From NCBI GenBank assembly GCA_022827785.1, contig JAJEIM010000006.1:15842-79841 (forward strand): a stretch of 64,000 nt of DNA, given 5' to 3'. The DNA comes from Acidimicrobiia bacterium (lineage in GTDB: Bacteria; Actinomycetota; Acidimicrobiia; Spongiisociales; Spongiisociaceae). The position numbers and the translations under genes were made by a program. Below are positions 58,505 to 64,000 of this stretch, in pieces. The notes under the pieces are model-generated. The model did not search any database and had not been told where the DNA came from. It saw nothing but the letters and a program-made list of their open reading frames with translations. How positions within the stretch are numbered: position 1 is the stretch's first letter; each line of letters opens with the position of its first letter.

Positions 58505-61500
58505 TTGCTGCCGGCCACCGGAGACCCCGTGGCGTTGCTGATCCACGTCGGGTCGCATCCCGACGAGTTGGTGGGCGGGCTGTGCGAGATGCTGGCGTCA
58601 CCCCCGGCCGATCCCTTCGCGCAGGAGGTGGTGGCCGTACCGACGCGCGGTATCGAGCGCTGGCTCACCCAGCGGATCGCCGCAGAGTTGGCCGATCGAA
58701 CGCCCGGCGACGGGGTGTGCGCCAACGTCGGGTTTCCCTCGCCGCATCGCCTCGTCCGGCAGGTGCTACGAGCGGTTCCCGAGCTGGATGCGGCGCTGGA
58801 CGCCTGGGAGGGACCCGCCCTGACCCGCACCGTGGTCTCGGTGGTGGACGATCATCTCGATGAGCCTTGGATGTGGCTCATGGCCCGCTTCATAGATGCC
58901 CCGAATGCGGTCGGTGCGCTCGGCAACAGCCAACGCCTCCGGGCGGCCCGCAAGATCGCCGGGCTGTTCACCCGCTACGCCCGGCGCCGGCCCGACATGG
59001 TCCGGGCCTGGATGGAGGGGGAGGACGTCGGACCCCATGGCGGGCAACTGCCGGAGGCGGACGTCTGGCAGGCGCGCTTGTGGCGGCTGGTCCGAGCCCG
59101 GATAGGGACGCCCAGCCTGGCGGAATTGATCCCCTCGGCCCTTGACCCGATCCGCAGCGGCGTACTCGATGTGGCTTTACCGGAGCGGGTCTTCGTGTAC
59201 GGGCTCACGTCGGCCGACCCGATGTATGTCGACGTGTTCGAGGCGCTGGCCGCTCAGCGCGATGTGCACCTCCACCTGCTGCATCCGTCTCCTGTGCTCT
59301 GGCAGGACACGGCCATCCTCGCTGAGGGGAATGAGACACCGACCCGTCTAGGAAGGGCGTCCGATCCCACCGCGCACCTGCCTAGGCATCCGCTGCTGCG
59401 CTCCTGGGCGCAGGAGAGCCGCGAGCTCCAGTTGGTCATTGCGGGCCGGAATCACACGAGCGAACCATCCGGCGGCCCATCGGGAACCGCGGCCACCACA
59501 CTGCTCGGGCGGCTCCAGCACGACATCCGCTCCAACGCCCTTCCCGCTCCGGTCGAACCCGCCGACGATGGGGACCGGTCGGTCCAGATCCACGTCTGCT
59601 ACGGCGCCCGCCGGCAGGTGGAGGTCCTTCGCGACGCCATCCTTCACGTGCTCGCGGCCGACAGAACCCTGGAACCCCGGGACGTCGTGATCATGACGCC
59701 CGACCTCGCCACGTTCGCGCCTCTCCTCGAGGCAGTGTTCCTCGGCAAGGCCGGCAGCGCCGAACCGGACCCGGGACCCGGCGTCCCGGGAGAGCGGACC
59801 GGCGAGGACTCCCTGCCCGACCTGCGCCTCCGGATCGCCGACCGGGCGCCCGCCTCCACCAACCCGCTGGTCCGGTTCGCCGCAACCGTCCTCGACCTGG
59901 CCTGCGACCGCCTCGAAGCGGGGACCGTACGAGAGTTGGTGGCGATGCCCGTAGTGCGGCGGTTGTTCGGGTTCGACGAGGAGACGGCCGACGCGATCGC
60001 GGCTGTGATCGAGGACGCCAACGTGCGGTGGGGTCTCGATGCCGACCACCGCGCCCGGTGGAACGCCGGCCAGGTGGGTGACCACACCTGGCGGCGCGGG
60101 CTCGACCGGGCGCTCTCGGGTGTCTTCTACGCGGACAGCAGCGTTCGGGTGGTCGGCGCCATCGCCCCCCTCGACGGGGCGGAAGGGCAGGAGGCTTTGC
60201 CGATCGGGCTGCTCGCCCAGATCATCGACCGGATCGTCACGGTCCGGGAGCTCTTGGGCGAACCGCGGCCGTACTCCGAGTGGGGACCTGCCATCGCCGC
60301 GGCCGTGCGCCTGCTGGCGGCTCCGGCCTGGGACGACCAGTGGCAGTGGGGCCAGCTGGAGCGCCTGCTCGAGGAGAGCTTCCCGGGGGTCGAGGCAGGC
60401 GGTGACGATCCGCTGCTCGATCCTGCGGAAGCCCGGTTGCTGGTGGACTACTGGTCGCAGGACGTACCGAGCCCGCTCCACTTCAGGACCGGGGACATCA
60501 CGGTCTGCACGCTGGTTCCGATGCGTTCAGTGCCCTACCGGGTGGTGTGCCTGCTCGGGATGGACGACCAGCGGTTCCCCAGAAGCAGCCGGGCCGACGG
60601 CGACGACCTGCTGGTCGACAACGAGATCATCGGCGACTCCGACCGGGGCGCGGAAGACCGCCAGCTCCTCCTGGATGCAGTCATGGCGGCCGGCGACCAC
60701 CTGATCATCACGTACTCCGGGCGTGACCCTCTGACCAACGCCGAGTACCCGCCGGCGGTCCCCATCGCCGAGTTGGCGGACGTGCTGTCCGGCATGGCGG
60801 GGGAGGCCGGTCTCGAGAGCCTCCGCACCCACCATCCTCTCCAGCCGTTCAGCGAGATCAACTTCGTCTCGGGAAGTCTCGGTGTGTCCGGACCGTGGGG
60901 GTTCGACCCCATGCAGTTCCAGGGGTCGCTGGCCGTCCAGCATCGCACCGGTGGTGAGGCGCCCTGCCTCCTGTTGCCGGCCCCCGAGGACGACGTCTTC
61001 TCGAAGATCCGGCTCGCTGACTTGGGCCGCTTTCTCGAGCATCCCGCCCGCGAGTTCATCCGCGCCCGGCTCGGCTTCGTGATCCCGCGCCAGGGAGAGA
61101 TCCCCGACGACACCGTGCCCACCGAACTCGGCCCCTTGGAGGAGTGGCAGGTCACCGACCGCTTCCTCGCCGGACTGTTGTCGGGTCACCCGATCGAGTT
61201 GCTCGAAGCCCATCAGCGAGCGGGCGACACCGTGCCGCCCGGCGACCTCGGGCGGGCAGGCCTCGACCGGGCCCGGCAGCGGGCGGTCGAACTGTGGGAG
61301 GCAGCCAGGGAGGTGGGATACGACCCGGAGCGGCACGAGCAGTTCGCCGGAGCCGTGCGGGTGGGGGGCCGCACGGTCGAGGGCGTGATAACGGCCGATC
61401 CGGGCGCCTCCCGGGTCGACATGGTCACCCCGTCGAGGCTCAAGGGCAAGCAACGCCTGAGAGCCTTCCTCCAGATGGTCTTCCTATCCGCGCTGGACCC

Positions 61501-61915
61501 GGATCACTCGTGGCAAGGGTTGCTGCTCGGTCGCCACCTGCGGGGTAACAAGCTCCGGAGCGTGAGGATCGGACCGATCCGCGGTGACGCGGAGCGCCGC
61601 CGGCGGCAGGCCGAGCATTTGCTGTCGGGCCTCGTCGACCTGTACGTCGAGGGCCTCACCACCCCCATCCCGTTGCCCTGCGAGACGGCCTTCAGCTGGC
61701 AGATGAAGGTGGGAGGAGACCTCGGGACCGCCCGCAAGCAGGCCGCAAAGGCGTGGGAGACGGACCGTTTCTCCCCGGAGGCCAAGGATCCGGCCAACGA
61801 GTTCCTGTTCCCGAACCTGGGGACGATGTCCGCCCTGGAGCGGAGTTCCTTCCCGGACTATGCCCGGAGGCTGTGGGGGCCGATCCTCCCGCTGCTGGTG
61901 GAGAAGCCGGTATGA
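58505..61915 (+). CDS. recC: exodeoxyribonuclease V gamma subunit
   Basis: 1136-aa protein. N-terminus LLIHVGSHPDELVGGL is comparable to E. coli RecC LRVYHSNRLDVL. A C-terminal RecB-like nuclease-fold domain is present. The stop overlaps the recB ATG. The start is uncertain (TTG 58505 or GTG 58529). Confidence 0.85.
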   Translation: MLPATGDPVALLIHVGSHPDELVGGLCEMLASPPADPFAQEVVAVPTRGIERWLTQRIAAELADRTPGDGVCANVGFPSPHRLVRQVLRAVPELDAALDAWEGPALTRTVVSVVDDHLDEPWMWLMARFIDAPNAVGALGNSQRLRAARKIAGLFTRYARRRPDMVRAWMEGEDVGPHGGQLPEADVWQARLWRLVRARIGTPSLAELIPSALDPIRSGVLDVALPERVFVYGLTSADPMYVDVFEALAAQRDVHLHLLHPSPVLWQDTAILAEGNETPTRLGRASDPTAHLPRHPLLRSWAQESRELQLVIAGRNHTSEPSGGPSGTAATTLLGRLQHDIRSNALPAPVEPADDGDRSVQIHVCYGARRQVEVLRDAILHVLAADRTLEPRDVVIMTPDLATFAPLLEAVFLGKAGSAEPDPGPGVPGERTGEDSLPDLRLRIADRAPASTNPLVRFAATVLDLACDRLEAGTVRELVAMPVVRRLFGFDEETADAIAAVIEDANVRWGLDADHRARWNAGQVGDHTWRRGLDRALSGVFYADSSVRVVGAIAPLDGAEGQEALPIGLLAQIIDRIVTVRELLGEPRPYSEWGPAIAAAVRLLAAPAWDDQWQWGQLERLLEESFPGVEAGGDDPLLDPAEARLLVDYWSQDVPSPLHFRTGDITVCTLVPMRSVPYRVVCLLGMDDQRFPRSSRADGDDLLVDNEIIGDSDRGAEDRQLLLDAVMAAGDHLIITYSGRDPLTNAEYPPAVPIAELADVLSGMAGEAGLESLRTHHPLQPFSEINFVSGSLGVSGPWGFDPMQFQGSLAVQHRTGGEAPCLLLPAPEDDVFSKIRLADLGRFLEHPAREFIRARLGFVIPRQGEIPDDTVPTELGPLEEWQVTDRFLAGLLSGHPIELLEAHQRAGDTVPPGDLGRAGLDRARQRAVELWEAAREVGYDPERHEQFAGAVRVGGRTVEGVITADPGASRVDMVTPSRLKGKQRLRAFLQMVFLSALDPDHSWQGLLLGRHLRGNKLRSVRIGPIRGDAERRRRQAEHLLSGLVDLYVEGLTTPIPLPCETAFSWQMKVGGDLGTARKQAAKAWETDRFSPEAKDPANEFLFPNLGTMSALERSSFPDYARRLWGPILPLLVEKPV

Positions 61916-64000
61916 CCCGAGTCGGTCGCTACGACCCCCACGCGCCGATTGCCGATGGCCGCACGGTCATCGAGGCGAGCGCCGGTACCGGCAAGACGTT
62001 CACGATCGCGGCCGTGGTCACCCGCCTGGTGGCCGAGGAAGGGCTTCCACTCGAGCGCATCCTCGTGGTCACCTTCACCCGGGCCGCTACCGCCGAGCTC
62101 AAGGACCGGATCAGGCGCCGGATCGTCACCACCCTCGGTGCTCTCCGCGGCTCACATGTCGGGCCGGTTGATGACCACGTCAGCGTCCTGCTTGACGCCG
62201 ACCCCGACCGGCAGAGTGAGTACTCGGAACAGCTCGAGGAGGCTCTGACCCACTTCGACCGTGCCCAGATCTTCACCATCCACGGCTTCGCGCTCCGGTT
62301 GCTGGAGAAGCTCGGGTTCCGGTCGCGGCTCTCCGGCGATATGGAGCCCCGTGAGATAGACGAGTTGCTGTTGCGCCGGGCCGCCAGCGATCTGGTGGTG
62401 GGTCGTTTCGCCGTTCCCCGGCCGGATGACAGACTCGAGCAGGTCACCCAGGAGCACCTCGCCCAGATCGGCAAGGTCGTCGTGACTGTCCCGGATGCCC
62501 GGATCACTCCCGCGCCGGCCTCCGTGGACGGACTGGCGAGAGTCCGCGCGGAGATGGCGCGGGAGATGAAGTCGGTACTGTCGCGGCGGCTCTGGGCGGA
62601 AGGCACGGTCACCTTCGACGACACCCTCGTGGAGGCCCGCGACGCGCTGAACGAGGCGCGGGTGGGCGCCGGTGCCCGCGATCTGTTGAGAAGGCGCTAC
62701 TCCATCGCCCTGGTCGACGAGGCCCAGGACACGGACCCCATCCAGTGGCAGATCCTCAGGGCGGTGTTCGACGAGTCCCGGCTGGTGGTGATCGGGGATC
62801 CGAAGCAGTCGATCTACGCCTTCCGTGGCGCCGACATCGAGTCCTACCTCTCGGCTGTCGAGGACCCCGCCGGCCACCGCACCCTGGCCACCAACTGGCG
62901 CAGCGACGGCCCGCTGATCGACGCGCTCGACGCGTTGCTGGCGGGAGCCACCTTCGGAGACGACCGTATCGGCTACCGGCGGGTGCGGGCATCCGACCGG
63001 AACCGGACCGCCCGGATCCGGGGCGTCCGTGGCGCCTTGGAGATCCGCCGTTTCTCGGACGACTTCCCGCTGCCCCGCCAGCAATACAGACCGTACTTCT
63101 ACGTGAGGGAAGCCAGGGAGGCGGTTGCCTCAAACGTGGCCTCGGAGGTGGTCCGGCTCCTCGACCATGAGGTCTGTCTGGTGGGGAACGACGGTGAGGA
63201 ACGCCGACTCGAACCGGGGGACATCGCGGTGCTGTGCCGGACCGGGCGGCAGGTCGGGATGATCCGGGACGCCCTCGCGGCCGCGAGCGTACCGTCGGTG
63301 GTGGCCCGGACCGGGAGCGTGTTCGCCACCCCGGCGGCCGAGCATTGGCGCCGGTTCCTCCTTGCGATCGAACGGCCCAGCCGGGCGGACTACCTGCGCC
63401 TGGCGGCCACCACTCCGCTCGTCGGGATGGACCCTCCCGAGGTAGCGGGTCTGGAAGGGGACACGATCCTCGACCTGCAGCAACACTTTCTGCGGTGGCA
63501 GGGCCTGCTCCACGACCGCGGAGTGCCGGCGATGTTCGCCGACATCGACCGGACCACGGGTCTCACGGCCCGGATACTGTCCCGATTCGAGGGCGAGAGG
63601 GAACTGACCGACCTCAACCACATCGCCGAGGAGATGCATGCTGCCTGGAGGAGGGGTCGGATCGGGTCGTTGGTGGTGTGGATCGAGGTCGCCATGGACG
63701 AAGCGGCCCGCAACGCCGAGGCGAACGTCGAGGACGTGGAGTCCCGCCAGCGCCGTCTGGACACCGACGCGGCGGCGGTGCAGGTCCTGACGGTGCATGC
63801 CGCTAAGGGTTTGGAATACCCCGTGGTGATGGCCCCGTACCTGTGGGACATCCCCCGGATCTCGCCCAGGATCCCCGTCTTCCACGATCCCGAGCCGGCT
63901 CCGGAGGGCGAACCCCGCCGGCGTGTCATCGATGTCGGCGGTTCCACCTCTCCCGGCTTCGAGGCCCACCGGGAGGCGGCTATGGACGAGGACGCCGCCG
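61912..64000 (+). CDS. recB: exodeoxyribonuclease V beta subunit, 5' part (runs past the window end)
   Basis: UvrD-like helicase motifs: Walker A ASAGTGKTFTIAA, motif II VDEAQDT, FRGAD, and VHAAKGLEYPVV. Confidence 0.85.
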   Translation, partial: MTRVGRYDPHAPIADGRTVIEASAGTGKTFTIAAVVTRLVAEEGLPLERILVVTFTRAATAELKDRIRRRIVTTLGALRGSHVGPVDDHVSVLLDADPDRQSEYSEQLEEALTHFDRAQIFTIHGFALRLLEKLGFRSRLSGDMEPREIDELLLRRAASDLVVGRFAVPRPDDRLEQVTQEHLAQIGKVVVTVPDARITPAPASVDGLARVRAEMAREMKSVLSRRLWAEGTVTFDDTLVEARDALNEARVGAGARDLLRRRYSIALVDEAQDTDPIQWQILRAVFDESRLVVIGDPKQSIYAFRGADIESYLSAVEDPAGHRTLATNWRSDGPLIDALDALLAGATFGDDRIGYRRVRASDRNRTARIRGVRGALEIRRFSDDFPLPRQQYRPYFYVREAREAVASNVASEVVRLLDHEVCLVGNDGEERRLEPGDIAVLCRTGRQVGMIRDALAAASVPSVVARTGSVFATPAAEHWRRFLLAIERPSRADYLRLAATTPLVGMDPPEVAGLEGDTILDLQQHFLRWQGLLHDRGVPAMFADIDRTTGLTARILSRFEGERELTDLNHIAEEMHAAWRRGRIGSLVVWIEVAMDEAARNAEANVEDVESRQRRLDTDAAAVQVLTVHAAKGLEYPVVMAPYLWDIPRISPRIPVFHDPEPAPEGEPRRRVIDVGGSTSPGFEAHREAAMDEDAA

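Overview
High-GC (about 70%) chromosomal segment, most consistent with an Actinomycetota genome. It is dense with housekeeping genes and shows no prophage, CRISPR array, intact IS element or obvious horizontally acquired island. Gene content, in order: pth (partial) and rplY; an Aah1-type adenine deaminase next to an NCS2 purine permease; a stand-alone MsiK-like sugar ABC ATPase; a geranylgeranyl-reductase-family flavoprotein; modABC; a 5-formyltetrahydrofolate cyclo-ligase family gene; a glutamine cyclotransferase lipoprotein; the rpsF-ssb-rpsR-rplI cluster followed by an intein-less dnaB; an Obg/DRG-type GTPase; an MBL hydrolase; lnt with a ROK kinase and a LiaF-like membrane protein; an IMPase, a hypothetical and an M3 oligopeptidase in one operon; copZ-copA, where the HMA domain is tandemly duplicated; a PAC2-family protein; a 30-codon bS22-like ribosomal micro-ORF; thrB; a CDF transporter; tRNA-Gly(CCC); dcd; purB; two oxidoreductases; a TPP-riboswitch-controlled thiB-thiP-thiQ-thiD operon, in which the ABC ATPase carries an unexplained in-frame C-terminal extension of about 250 aa; fdhD; mog; surE; a serine hydrolase; glyA; the complete F1Fo ATP synthase operon (atpZ-like/I/B/E/F/H/A/G/D/C) preceded by a sharply AT-rich leader; a nucleoside hydrolase; a ribbon-helix-helix plus DUF488 gene pair next to an EEP-family nuclease; an NAD-binding DUF2867 protein; and recC with the start of recB. 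Many long ORFs in the six-frame track are high-GC artefacts overlapping real genes in other frames. The non-obvious signals are the TPP riboswitch, the ThiQ extension, the bS22 micro-ORF, a 52-nt bipartite motif shared by the rpsF and bS22 leaders, the HMA tandem duplication, a degenerate HNH-like remnant, and the RHH-DUF488 pair.
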